In this document: piece by piece, positions 42,612 to 51,825 of the stretch
How the letters are laid out: every line of letters starts with the position of its first letter
Position numbering within the stretch: position 1 is the stretch's first letter
Origin: Fervidobacterium sp.
Lineage (GTDB): Bacteria; Thermotogota; Thermotogae; Thermotogales; Fervidobacteriaceae
Reading direction: 5' to 3'
Assembly (NCBI GenBank): GCA_049970055.1
Contig: JBMFNR010000003.1
Location: 1-64,000 of the forward strand
Length of the DNA: 64,000 bases
The notes under the pieces: model-generated
What the model saw: only the letters and a program-made list of their open reading frames with translations
Told to the model about the DNA's origin: nothing
Databases searched by the model: none
Made by a program: the position numbers and the translations under genes

Positions 42612-42968
42612 TTATTCCTCAACTTCTACGTGTTTCGAACCTTCCCAGAGTCCATGAATATTGCAATACGATAAAGCTATAAGCTTTGATGTCTTTTCGA
42701 GTTTTATCTTCACTTTGACGAAGGGTTCTTCAAGTGTTGGTGAGAATTCGTACCTCCCGATTCTCAAGATATACGGAGCACCTTCTGGCATTGCGTAAAG
42801 TTCTATCCATGCTATGTGATGCTCAACGAGATTGGGATGTGGTATTTCCTTCCCAACACTAACCTCCACTTCAAACCATTCGCCTTTTTTAACCTTATCT
42901 GGTGCTTCAATCACTGGTACATGCTTTTCACCTTTGAAATCACCGCTTTTTATGAATTCTCCAAGCAT
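42612..42968 (-). CDS. sor: Superoxide reductase (neelaredoxin, 1Fe-SOR)
   Basis: EKHVP, HPNLVEHHIAWIEL, YCNIHGLW. Confidence 0.95.
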   Translation of the reverse strand: MLGEFIKSGDFKGEKHVPVIEAPDKVKKGEWFEVEVSVGKEIPHPNLVEHHIAWIELYAMPEGAPYILRIGRYEFSPTLEEPFVKVKIKLEKTSKLIALSYCNIHGLWEGSKHVEVEE

Positions 42969-43015
42969 TCTAACTCCCCCTTTCTAAATTGTAGCCCTTA
43001 AATTACTTAATACAC

Positions 43016-43519
43016 TTAAAATTCAACAAATGCTGACTTTGGTGCTCCACAGACTGGGCATTTTTCAGGTACCACATCCTCAGTGGTATAGCCGCAAACT
43101 GAACATATGTATATTTTTTCTGCGTCGTAATCCTTTCCTTCGTTGGCAAGGTTCAGCGCTTTTTTATACATCTCAGCATGAATCTTCTCTGCTTCAAGTG
43201 CGTAATGTGTACTGAGTTGAGCTTCCTTTTCATCTTGGAGTTTTGCTGTTTCATAGTAAACTGGGTACATTTCTTCAATTTCAAAAGTTTCACCAGCTAT
43301 ACAAGACTTAATGTTATTGGGTGTATCACCAAGTTTTTTCAATGCTCTGAAATGATTTCTAGCATGTACGAATTCTGCATATGCAATAGCTTTAAACAAG
43401 TTGGCTAATTTCTTAAGCCCCTTCTTTTCGGCTTCATCTGAAAATATGAGGTACTTCATGTGAGCCATAGATTCACCTGCAAATGCTTCTTCTAAAAACT
43501 TTTTTGTCATTTCCCTCAT
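43016..43519 (-). CDS. rbr: Rubrerythrin
   Basis: AFAGES, AEFVHA, GETFE, AEKIH, CSVCG...CPVCG; ATG after GGAGGTG. Confidence 0.95.
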   Translation of the reverse strand: MREMTKKFLEEAFAGESMAHMKYLIFSDEAEKKGLKKLANLFKAIAYAEFVHARNHFRALKKLGDTPNNIKSCIAGETFEIEEMYPVYYETAKLQDEKEAQLSTHYALEAEKIHAEMYKKALNLANEGKDYDAEKIYICSVCGYTTEDVVPEKCPVCGAPKSAFVEF

Positions 43520-43599
43520 ATTGCACACCTCCCTACTTATGATGATAAACACAGTTGTCAATCAAGAGTAAAAATTCTCTTTGGTTATTGGAAATTTCT

Positions 43600-44019
43600 T
43601 TATCTTTCACTTTTTTCCTTTTCTTGGCAGTTTTTGCAAACTCCAACAAGTGATAGCTGGACGTGGTGAACTTTATGTCCATCTAACGATGTTATATTTG
43701 GTAAGTCTACATCAAGTTGAACATCGTAAATGGTTTTGCATTTAGTACAGTAGAAATGATGATGGTTTTCTCTTGGAAAATCGTATCTAATTGCTTCGGG
43801 TGTTATAATGACATCAACCAATCCAGCATCCGCTAATGTTTTCAATGTGTTGTATACCGTAGCACGTGACAAGACTGCAAGTTTATGTTCTTTTTTTAAA
43901 TGTGCATACACCTCATCTGCTGTTGGATGATCATACGTGTTCATAATATATTCCAAAATCTCTACTCTGTGAACCGTTGGCTTTACACCGTTTTCCTTCA
44001 GCAAGTCAGTTACTTTCAA
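43600..44019 (-). CDS. perR: Fur-family regulator, PerR-like
   Basis: HPTADEVY, SRATVYNTL, HHHFYCTKC, GVCKNC; precedes rbr-sor; TTG after AAGGAGG. Confidence 0.85.
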   Translation of the reverse strand: MKVTDLLKENGVKPTVHRVEILEYIMNTYDHPTADEVYAHLKKEHKLAVLSRATVYNTLKTLADAGLVDVIITPEAIRYDFPRENHHHFYCTKCKTIYDVQLDVDLPNITSLDGHKVHHVQLSLVGVCKNCQEKEKSER

Positions 44020-44124
44020 AGCAATGCCCTCCTTCAATAAAATGTTTTGAAAATGTTTTGAACTCAATCTAAATTTATTATATCAGAATTTTTGGAATTT
44101 GTGCAAGTACTTTTTCAAAATTTC

Positions 44125-44152
44125 TTGACAACTTTTCCTTATATGATACAAT
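44125..44152 (+). promoter_or_regulatory. Promoter of cysE-cysK
   Basis: TTGACA-16 nt-TACAAT with extended TG. Confidence 0.7.
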
Positions 44153-44184
44153 TAGGTATGACTAACTATCTGGAGGTGATTTTA

Positions 44185-44208
44185 ATGGGGTGCGCATGTT
44201 TCAGGTGA
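44185..44208 (+). other. Candidate Cys-containing leader peptide MGCACFR*
   Basis: GGAGGTGA SD followed by ATG GGG TGC GCA TGT TTC AGG TGA, out of frame with cysE. Confidence 0.5.
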
Positions 44209-44885
44209 ACGTGGGGCTAAAAACTTTGTGGAAGATAGGAAAGAATTTCATAAAGAATATTGCAAAGCTATTTGCGGAATTTTCAAGCATTAGAAAAGCT
44301 TTGAAGGCAGATCGTCAGGCACTTATAAAGTTAGACCCCTCCTTTGAAGCCTGGTATCAATTCTGGTTTCATGCAGGTTACAGAGCCCTTAGGTTGTATA
44401 GAATGTCCAGAGCGTTTTACATTAGCAACTTCAAATTTCTTGCTTATCTTTTATACCATATTAATCGCGTGTTCTATTCAGTAGATATTCATCCTGGTGC
44501 CAACATTTCTCCCGGTGTTGTTATAGATCATGGAACAGGCGTGGTGATAGGTTCCACCGCTGAGGTTGGAAGTGGAACTATTATATACCATGGTGTAACA
44601 CTTGGGGCAAGATATGTTATGAAAGGTAAAAGGCATCCTACAATAGGGCAAAACGTAGTGTTAGGTGCTGGTGCAAAAGTTATAGGCCCTGTGTACATTG
44701 GAAATAATGTAAAAGTCGGCGCAAATGCAGTTGTAAATAGAGACGTTCCTGACAACGCAACGGTCGTAGGGATACCAGCAAGGATAATAAAGTTCAGCAA
44801 CTTGGAGATGACAAAAAGTGATGGAAAAGATGATGCACTTTGTCGATGTGAACCGCTAACAAAAGTTGAGACTATAAATATTTGA
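44190..44885 (+). CDS. cysE: Serine O-acetyltransferase
   Basis: VDIHPGA, IDHGTGVVIG, GVTLG, KRHPTIG; start codon ambiguous. Confidence 0.93.
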   Translation: MRMFQVNVGLKTLWKIGKNFIKNIAKLFAEFSSIRKALKADRQALIKLDPSFEAWYQFWFHAGYRALRLYRMSRAFYISNFKFLAYLLYHINRVFYSVDIHPGANISPGVVIDHGTGVVIGSTAEVGSGTIIYHGVTLGARYVMKGKRHPTIGQNVVLGAGAKVIGPVYIGNNVKVGANAVVNRDVPDNATVVGIPARIIKFSNLEMTKSDGKDDALCRCEPLTKVETINI

Positions 44886-44896
44886 GGTGGAATGAC

Positions 44897-45784
44897 GTGA
44901 GTATTAGTAACCTACTTGAAAAGTTGAGTGATTTTCATATAGGTAAAACACCTCTTGTTTACCTTGAAAATTATGGAATATATGCAAAATTCGAACGTAA
45001 TAACCCAATGGGGAGTGTTAAGGATAGACCCGTTTACTTTATGATTTATCACGCTATTATCAATGGTAAGTTAAATTCCAGTAGTATAATTGTTGAACCT
45101 ACAAGCGGGAATACAGGTATAGCTTTGGCCTGGCTTGGTGCTAAACTTGGACTAAGGGTTATTTTGACAATGCCAGAGAGTGTTTCCGTGGAGAGAAGAA
45201 AGATTCTTACGGGTTTAGGTGCTGATTTAATATTGGTCGAGAATATGACTAAAGCTGTTGAAAAAGCATGGGAAGTAATCCGTGAAAAGGATGCATTTAT
45301 GCCGAATCAATTTGAAAATCCGGCAAATCCTCTTTCACACGAGTTGACAACTGCTCCTGAAATTTTGCACACTATGGGCTTCAAGGTTGATGCCTTTGTT
45401 GCGGGTATTGGTACAGGAGGAACTATAACAGGTGTTGGTAGAGTGCTAAGAAAGTTTTTCGGAGAAAATGTAAAAATCGTTGGAGTAGAGCCCATGCAAT
45501 CGCCGGTATTGGCTAAAGGTATCAGTGGAAAACATAAAATACAAGGTATTGGCCCTGGATTCGTTCCTAAGATACTTGATATAAGCTTATTAAATGAAAT
45601 CATTCTTGTAAACGATGAGGATGTAATCAAAATGACTGAAAAACTTTGGAAAGAAGGTATATTTGTTGGTGTATCTTCCGCCGCAAATCTTATAGCGTCG
45701 ACTATTGTAAAAGAAAAGTACAACCTAGAAAGAGTGGTTACCATCTTTCCTGACGACGGTATGAAGTACCTTTCTACAATATAA
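44897..45784 (+). CDS. cysK: Cysteine synthase
   Basis: NPMGSVKDR, EPTSGNTG, GIGTGGT, HKIQGIG. Confidence 0.95.
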   Translation: MSISNLLEKLSDFHIGKTPLVYLENYGIYAKFERNNPMGSVKDRPVYFMIYHAIINGKLNSSSIIVEPTSGNTGIALAWLGAKLGLRVILTMPESVSVERRKILTGLGADLILVENMTKAVEKAWEVIREKDAFMPNQFENPANPLSHELTTAPEILHTMGFKVDAFVAGIGTGGTITGVGRVLRKFFGENVKIVGVEPMQSPVLAKGISGKHKIQGIGPGFVPKILDISLLNEIILVNDEDVIKMTEKLWKEGIFVGVSSAANLIASTIVKEKYNLERVVTIFPDDGMKYLSTI

Positions 45785-45797
45785 GAACAAGAAATAT

Positions 45798-45883
45798 AAA
45801 AAATAAACGTGTGCACACCCGTGGTGTGCACACTAAAATGAGTTAAATGTATCCAGCTCCCTCCTATCCCCAGCCCCCATTAC
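45798..45883 (-). ncRNA. Candidate ~85-nt G-rich small RNA
   Basis: Promoter TTGACG-18 nt-TATAAT with extended TG (45890-45919) and terminator GTGTGCACAC-CACGG-GTGTGCACAC plus T run, with no sizeable ORF between. Confidence 0.5.
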
Positions 45884-46026
45884 ATTCATATTATAACACT
45901 CATCGTGTATTGGCGTCAAATATGTCAAATACTTTTGATAAAAAAATTTCGTAAAGCGTCATGAATAAATGACTATGACAACTTTTTGTGTTTTTGAAAT
46001 CTTCCTGGTATTTTCGGTATTTATTG

Positions 46027-46055
46027 TTGACAAAGTGACCTTACTTTGTTACAAT
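46027..46055 (+). promoter_or_regulatory. Promoter of the pyr operon
   Basis: TTGACA-17 nt-TACAAT. Confidence 0.75.
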
Positions 46056-46112
46056 ATCTTTTAGTACATTTAAACGGTTAAGTATATGGAACAAGGTGGT
46101 GCGAGACATGGT

Positions 46113-46136
46113 TAATTTGGTCCTGAGAGGCCAAAA
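46113..46136 (+). promoter_or_regulatory. PyrR-binding loop of a pyr attenuator
   Basis: TAATTTGGTCCTGAGAGGCCAAAA matches the RUCCnGnGAGGY consensus upstream of pyr genes. Confidence 0.8.
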
Positions 46137-46280
46137 CCTGCAAAGGTGTGCTTGTGGAGAGTTATACGAACTACTCGTAAGTTTCATAAAGTGTTTTCAC
46201 GCCATCAATTGGTTTTTGCAATTTTCTGGCTTGATGGTTAGATTAGTGTTTTGTAAGATTATAATAGTCACTTTTCAAAC

Positions 46281-46318
46281 GGGACCCTCTTTATTGGGGT
46301 CCCATTTTTATTTTATTC
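46281..46318 (+). terminator. Attenuator terminator in the pyr leader
   Basis: GGGACCC-loop-GGGTCCC then T-rich run just before the pyrC RBS. Confidence 0.82.
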
Positions 46319-46344
46319 AATAGCAAAAAGTTGGGGGGATTGGT

Positions 46345-47517
46345 TTGAAGACTTTTAACGTAGAGACAGGAAAGCTTGAACATTTAAAATTAAGTAAGAT
46401 AAATTTTGATTTTCCAGAAAGAGGTATCGCGGATTTAGATAGCTTAGTTCTTACGCCTCCTTTCGTAGACTTGCATACTCATGTTAGATTGAACGGAGGT
46501 GAGAATTATGAATCGTTGACTAGTGCTGCAATAGCAGGTGGGTTTTTGGTATTGAATATTCAACCGAATACAAAACCACCTATAGATTCACTGGAAGTTT
46601 TAGAAAAACATATTGAACTTTCTAAAAACAAGTTAGTTGCATACAATTACACTATTAATCTCTTCAGTCAGATTGATAACTTGGAGATGGTAAATAAAGA
46701 ATATGGTGAGAAAATTTCGGGATATTCAACTGATGGAATTACGTATTATTCAAATGACTTGGTAAACGGATTTAGATCTAAAAAACCTTATTTGGTATTC
46801 GATCATTCTCAACTTCATGAGATAGCCGGCGATTTTTATCTGGGTAGTCCACTTCCAAATAGCGCACGAACCTATTCAAATGAGGCTATAGCTATATTCA
46901 GAACTGTTATGACAGGTTTAGAGTTTGGATTTAAGCGGTTTCACATTCAACATGTTTCAACTTTGATATCTATTGAAACTATTTCATATCTTCGTAAATA
47001 TGCTTTAATAACATGCGAAGTTACTCCTCACCACATATTTTTCACACCGGATATGGTTAACCACCCAAATCGAAAGATAAACCCTCCGATCTCAAAGTAT
47101 AAAGACGAACTTATAGATGCTGTTAGGAAAGGGCTTATCGATACGTTTGCCACTGATCATGCGCCACATCCTGAAAAGCCAGAAAATTACGAGGAAGCAC
47201 CGTATGGTAGCTCGCATATTGAGGTTGCGTTTTCTGTTTATTTTACAGTTTTTCAAGATATAGAACTTGTTTTACGAAATTTGACAATTAACCCATTAAA
47301 GGTTCTAGCAAAAAAATATACAGATTACGGGTTGAGGTTTCCAGACGATGCATTACTCATAGATACGATGCATTCGTACAATGTCGATACCAGTAAATTT
47401 TTTAGTAAAGGTAAAAATTGTGCGTTTGACGGATGCAAGTTACGAGGGAAAATTCTGGGAGTCAGAAGAAAGGGAAGGTGGGTGTACTGGAATGGAGAAT
47501 TTATATCGACATTATAG
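46345..47517 (+). CDS. pyrC: Dihydroorotase
   Basis: DLHTHVR, HIQHVST, CEVTPHH, KINPP, ATDHAPH. Confidence 0.93.
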   Translation: MKTFNVETGKLEHLKLSKINFDFPERGIADLDSLVLTPPFVDLHTHVRLNGGENYESLTSAAIAGGFLVLNIQPNTKPPIDSLEVLEKHIELSKNKLVAYNYTINLFSQIDNLEMVNKEYGEKISGYSTDGITYYSNDLVNGFRSKKPYLVFDHSQLHEIAGDFYLGSPLPNSARTYSNEAIAIFRTVMTGLEFGFKRFHIQHVSTLISIETISYLRKYALITCEVTPHHIFFTPDMVNHPNRKINPPISKYKDELIDAVRKGLIDTFATDHAPHPEKPENYEEAPYGSSHIEVAFSVYFTVFQDIELVLRNLTINPLKVLAKKYTDYGLRFPDDALLIDTMHSYNVDTSKFFSKGKNCAFDGCKLRGKILGVRRKGRWVYWNGEFISTL

Positions 47518-47527
47518 GTCATATCAG

Positions 47528-48199
47528 ATGAAAAAGAAAGATTTATTAAAAATCACGCACGAGACGTATTTGATTACATTGGAAGGACATTTTGAATTTT
47601 TTCCGGGACAATTCTGCATGGTTTACGTCGATTCTTTTGGGCTTACTAGAAAGCCTTTAACGCTAGGAATGTACAAAAAAAACATTGCTATTTCAGTAAA
47701 GATAACAGGCAAAGGAACCAAATACATAGTTGAAACAAAGCAAAGTTTAGATGTACTTGCACCGTGTGGGAATCGATTTGAGCCAAATGGTAAAAATGGT
47801 GTTGCCATTGTTGCACCTTCGTGCTTTGCAGAAGGGTATTTTATCTCAAAAACTTTTAACGTCCCACTTTACGTGACTTCTAAAACACCTTTTGATGAGG
47901 GTTTTTTAAAAGTATTTGAAGGCGAGAACATCGAATTTGTAGTTGGTGATGAGAATTTCCTAAAGGTACTAAAAAAAGTTAGTTCTTCTTATTTCGATTG
48001 GATTTTCGTCTCTGGCTCGAAAGTTATGGAGAGAATTGCTATTGAGATTTTAGACAAACGTTTAACATATGTATCGCTTAACGAATATATGGGATGTGGG
48101 ATAGGGGCTTGCAAGAGTTGCGCTATAAAAACGGAAAGTGGTATAAAACACGTTTGTACGGATGGTCCTGTATTTAGGGGGAATGAAATATGTCTTTAA
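47528..48199 (+). CDS. pyrK: Dihydroorotate dehydrogenase electron transfer subunit
   Basis: PGQF, EYMGCGIGACKSC...CTDGPVF. Confidence 0.9.
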   Translation: MKKKDLLKITHETYLITLEGHFEFFPGQFCMVYVDSFGLTRKPLTLGMYKKNIAISVKITGKGTKYIVETKQSLDVLAPCGNRFEPNGKNGVAIVAPSCFAEGYFISKTFNVPLYVTSKTPFDEGFLKVFEGENIEFVVGDENFLKVLKKVSSSYFDWIFVSGSKVMERIAIEILDKRLTYVSLNEYMGCGIGACKSCAIKTESGIKHVCTDGPVFRGNEICL

Positions 48200-49032
48200 G
48201 ATGTTCTAAATCACTTAACTTGAGGAGTCCCTTAGTTATAGCGTCAGGTCCAGGTGGCTTCGGTGAGTACATGAATGTTGAAGGAATAGATTGGAAAAAA
48301 GTTGGGGCATATACTTTGAAGACTGTCACGTACAATCCAAAAGAAGGTAATCCCCCACCCAGAATGTATGCAAAAAACGGTTACTTGATAAACAGGATAG
48401 GTTTGGAAAATCCCGGGATTGATAATTTCATAAATCTACTTGAAAATGGATACTTCGACAGATTGTTTCAAGAGGTGTCTGTAATTCTAAGCCTTGGTGG
48501 CGATACATATGAAGAGTACTTTGAAATAACACGAAAAGTTAGACCACATATCGGTAAATTCGTTGCGGTTGAGTACAATTTCTCATGTCCAAATGTACGA
48601 CACGGTGGGTTGTCAATAATGGTCGATCGTGATGAATGGAAGTTATTGTTAAAGGAAATTAGGAATATGCTTCCAAATGCATTTTTGATAGCTAAGCTTG
48701 GTATAGAAAGTGGGTTTGTAGAAGAAAATGCGCTTTTGGCTTATGAATCTGGTTGGGAAGGAGTAACACTTATCAACACAATTAGAGGATTGATGTTCAA
48801 TAGTGAGGGAGATATGATTTTGGGAGGCTTGTCGGGACCAAATTTATTGCCGATAGCGCTAAGGGCAGTATATGAGGTAAGAAAGAAATTAAGTGATATT
48901 TACATAATCGCATCAGGTGGCGTTTACAATCCTGAGGATGTTGATCTATTTCTTAAATTGGGAGCGAATGCTGTAAGTGTTGGAAGTGCGCTTTTCAAAA
49001 ACGAGAAAATTCTGGATAATTTAATTTTCTAG
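48190..49032 (+). CDS. pyrD: Dihydroorotate dehydrogenase, family 1B
   Basis: GNPPPR, NRIGLENPG, NFSCPN, INT, GGLSGP. Confidence 0.95.
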   Translation: MSLRCSKSLNLRSPLVIASGPGGFGEYMNVEGIDWKKVGAYTLKTVTYNPKEGNPPPRMYAKNGYLINRIGLENPGIDNFINLLENGYFDRLFQEVSVILSLGGDTYEEYFEITRKVRPHIGKFVAVEYNFSCPNVRHGGLSIMVDRDEWKLLLKEIRNMLPNAFLIAKLGIESGFVEENALLAYESGWEGVTLINTIRGLMFNSEGDMILGGLSGPNLLPIALRAVYEVRKKLSDIYIIASGGVYNPEDVDLFLKLGANAVSVGSALFKNEKILDNLIF

Positions 49033-49046
49033 AGGAGGGCAAGGGT

Positions 49047-49712
49047 ATGTTGGAAGAAGAATTTGAAAGCAAGAAGGAAAGTTTAATGGTACTAACTGAG
49101 CCGGTTCTTAGTTTAGATATGGAAGATCCAATTGATTTTATAAAGAAATTTGGTAGTTTTGATTACGTTAAGGTAGGACATAACCTTGCTATTAATGGTA
49201 AGAAGGTTATCGATGAACTTTATGAAATGGGGTACAAAATCATTTTGGATTTGAAATTTTCTGATATTCCATCCACTGTTGCACGTTCAATACGTGCTTG
49301 GGATCACCCGGGAATAGTTGGATTTACAATGCATGCGAATTCCGGAGTTGAAAGTGTAAAAGCGGCGCTTGAATCTACTCAAAAGCAGATATTCAGCGTT
49401 ATAAAATTGACATCTGTAATTGGAAAGTTGGAAGATTACCAGCAGCTGATCATAGGGCTTTCAAGACTTGGTTCTTCGTTTGTTTTACCGGGTGGTTGGG
49501 CTTTGAGGTTGAGATATTTGATTGGTGGTAAGATCCTTGTTCCTGGAATAAGAATGGAACAATCGAAAGATGACCAAAAGGATGTTGTAAGTCTTTCGGA
49601 CATAATGGGAATTGCTGATTATGCCGTAATTGGTAGGGAGGTATATAAAGCGAAAGATCCTGCTGGAAAGATCGAAGAAATCAAAAAGAAGGTGAGTATA
49701 TGGAGAGAGTGA
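49047..49712 (+). CDS. pyrF: Orotidine 5'-phosphate decarboxylase
   Basis: LDLKFSDIPSTV, VPGIR, DDQ, VIGR. Confidence 0.95.
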   Translation: MLEEEFESKKESLMVLTEPVLSLDMEDPIDFIKKFGSFDYVKVGHNLAINGKKVIDELYEMGYKIILDLKFSDIPSTVARSIRAWDHPGIVGFTMHANSGVESVKAALESTQKQIFSVIKLTSVIGKLEDYQQLIIGLSRLGSSFVLPGGWALRLRYLIGGKILVPGIRMEQSKDDQKDVVSLSDIMGIADYAVIGREVYKAKDPAGKIEEIKKKVSIWRE

Positions 49713-50284
49713 TGGAAATTCTTAAGAATACCAAGGCACTTTTGGAAGGACACTTCGTACTATCTTCTGGACTTCATTCTTCAAATTATGTACAATGTGC
49801 TAAGGTGTTTGAGTACCCTGAGTACGGTCAACAAATCGGAAAGCTATTGGCAGAAAAGATAAAAGACAAAAATTTTGAATATACAGTTGTAATAGGGCCT
49901 GCACTTGGAGGAGTTATCGTTGCGTACGAAGTTGCAAAGTTTTTGGGGATCAGAGCGATGTTTGCTGAACGTGAAGAAAATGTACTGAAACTTAGAAGAG
50001 GGTTTGAGTTAACGCCAGATGATAAAGTTCTAATTGTCGAGGATGTTGTTACAACAGGTAAGTCTACTTTGGAAGTGGTCGAGGTTGTAAAGGGCTTTGG
50101 TGCGCAAGTTATTGGATTCGCTAGCATTATAAATAGGTCTGGAAGCGAAAACCCGTTTCAGTTGATTAATAAAGAATACGTATACCTTGTTAAATTCGAT
50201 TTTCCAACTTATAAACCTGAGGAATGTCCACTTTGCAAGTCTGGTGTACCAGTGATCAAACCGGGGAGTAGAAAAATCAAATAG
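49700..50284 (+). CDS. pyrE: Orotate phosphoribosyltransferase
   Basis: GHFVLSSGLHS, VEDVVTTGKS. Confidence 0.96.
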   Translation: MERVMEILKNTKALLEGHFVLSSGLHSSNYVQCAKVFEYPEYGQQIGKLLAEKIKDKNFEYTVVIGPALGGVIVAYEVAKFLGIRAMFAEREENVLKLRRGFELTPDDKVLIVEDVVTTGKSTLEVVEVVKGFGAQVIGFASIINRSGSENPFQLINKEYVYLVKFDFPTYKPEECPLCKSGVPVIKPGSRKIK

Positions 50285-50330
50285 ATCAGCGATTAAATCA
50301 ACAATTATCCGCAAATGGACTACCGTTAAG

Positions 50331-51080
50331 CTACCATGGGACCCGTCCGGGTCCTGATTTTTTCTCAAGTATTTTTTTTGCCTGTTCAATAACAAATGTG
50401 TCATCTGAAAACACAACAACGCCCGTTTTAACAAATGGAATTTTGACTTGGATACTTCCTGGTCCTAAGTATATAATAGAATTGAGTAACACATCTTTTC
50501 TTAAGCTCTCGCCATCTGGTATTTTGATTTTCCAGTAAAGTGGTGTATATTTACCATCGAAAAATCGGTATTCCCCTTGGCTTTCAAGTATGAAAACACT
50601 CTTGTAACCAAGATTTCTTAGCAGATTTATCTTATCTTGACTATCAACAAGCACCGGATACGTTATTTTTCTGGTAATTATCGATGAGACGATATAAGTA
50701 TCTATTTTTCCCCTTCCATCGAATACTGGTACAACACCTGCTGCGGAAATACCAATTGCAAGCTTTTCGTATATGTCAGCTGTTATAAATGGTGATTTGT
50801 TGACTCTGTAGAAATAGTCATCATCGTCTTCACTCAGCGAATCAAGAGGACCGATTAGATAATATGTGTATCCTTTGTTTTTTACGTAAGCCCCAACATA
50901 TCTACCCACTTCAACAACAAGCGATAGATTACCAAGGCTCCCGAGTGTTAGTAAGCTCACGTCTTTTATAATATTTTCAAGTCTTTCAGTTGATAGAAAA
51001 TTCGATGGATAAGAAAACGTCTTAATCGAGATACTCAGGGAAAAGCTGAGCAAAAGCAAAATAAACACCATTTTCTTCAT
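50331..51080 (-). CDS. Exported protein with degenerate GH3-like N-terminal barrel
   Basis: Signal peptide; segment resembles GH3 but lacks KH(F/Y); overlaps the upstream HAD gene. Confidence 0.6.
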   Translation of the reverse strand: MKKMVFILLLLSFSLSISIKTFSYPSNFLSTERLENIIKDVSLLTLGSLGNLSLVVEVGRYVGAYVKNKGYTYYLIGPLDSLSEDDDDYFYRVNKSPFITADIYEKLAIGISAAGVVPVFDGRGKIDTYIVSSIITRKITYPVLVDSQDKINLLRNLGYKSVFILESQGEYRFFDGKYTPLYWKIKIPDGESLRKDVLLNSIIYLGPGSIQVKIPFVKTGVVVFSDDTFVIEQAKKILEKKSGPGRVPW

Positions 51081-51825
51081 TTGACTTACTAACAAAGTCT
51101 GCCACCTCTTTTAACTTTTCAACAGCGTTCGCTACAGCAATTTTTGTACCTGCGACTTCGAACATGAATAAATCATTTTCGTTATCGCCAAAAACTACTG
51201 TATTTTTCAACTCAAATCCCAAGTGCTCTGCTAAAAATTTAAGAGCGATACCTTTATTCGCATCCGATGGTACTATATCCAGAAAGATCGAAAAACTTTT
51301 AAAAACATTTGCTTTCTGATAAACGATGTTTTTCAGATCTGGCATGAATGAATCGAGTAATTCGGGATCGCCGATACCAAGCATTTTTATAGGTGGTTTT
51401 TTGATTGATTTCAAATCTTCTACTACAGTGTACGGAACATCTGCATGTTTCGCATATAGCTTTATTTCATCATCATCTTTCTCGGTTATCAATATATCAT
51501 CTACGTAGCTTTGCACATGAACATTTTTAGCCCTGAAGAAATCGATAACTTTGTGTGCTGTCTGCAAATCCAAAGTTTTTTCGAAGACAAAGCCTTTTTT
51601 TGGTATGTATACAACGGCTCCATTGTACGATACTATAGGAAATATGTCGCTTCTAAAAACGCTATCAAGCAATTTTTTTGCGGAAATATGCATTCTTCCT
51701 GTTGCAAAGATAACCTTATCACCTTTTTTAATGATATTTGATATTAATTCTTTGGTTTCCGATGGAAATTCGTTTTTTTGATTCAAAATAGTTCCATCAA
51801 GGTCAAATATGAAAACTTTTTTCAT
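51022..51825 (-). CDS. Cof-type HAD-IIB hydrolase
   Basis: FDLDGT, ATGR, NKG, FGDNEND. Confidence 0.93.
   Translation of the reverse strand: MKKVFIFDLDGTILNQKNEFPSETKELISNIIKKGDKVIFATGRMHISAKKLLDSVFRSDIFPIVSYNGAVVYIPKKGFVFEKTLDLQTAHKVIDFFRAKNVHVQSYVDDILITEKDDDEIKLYAKHADVPYTVVEDLKSIKKPPIKMLGIGDPELLDSFMPDLKNIVYQKANVFKSFSIFLDIVPSDANKGIALKFLAEHLGFELKNTVVFGDNENDLFMFEVAGTKIAVANAVEKLKEVADFVSKSNEENGVYFAFAQLFPEYLD

Noticed and set aside
46096..46323. 75-aa ORF in the pyr leader
   Set aside because: Spans the PyrR loop and terminator and has no recognisable protein features
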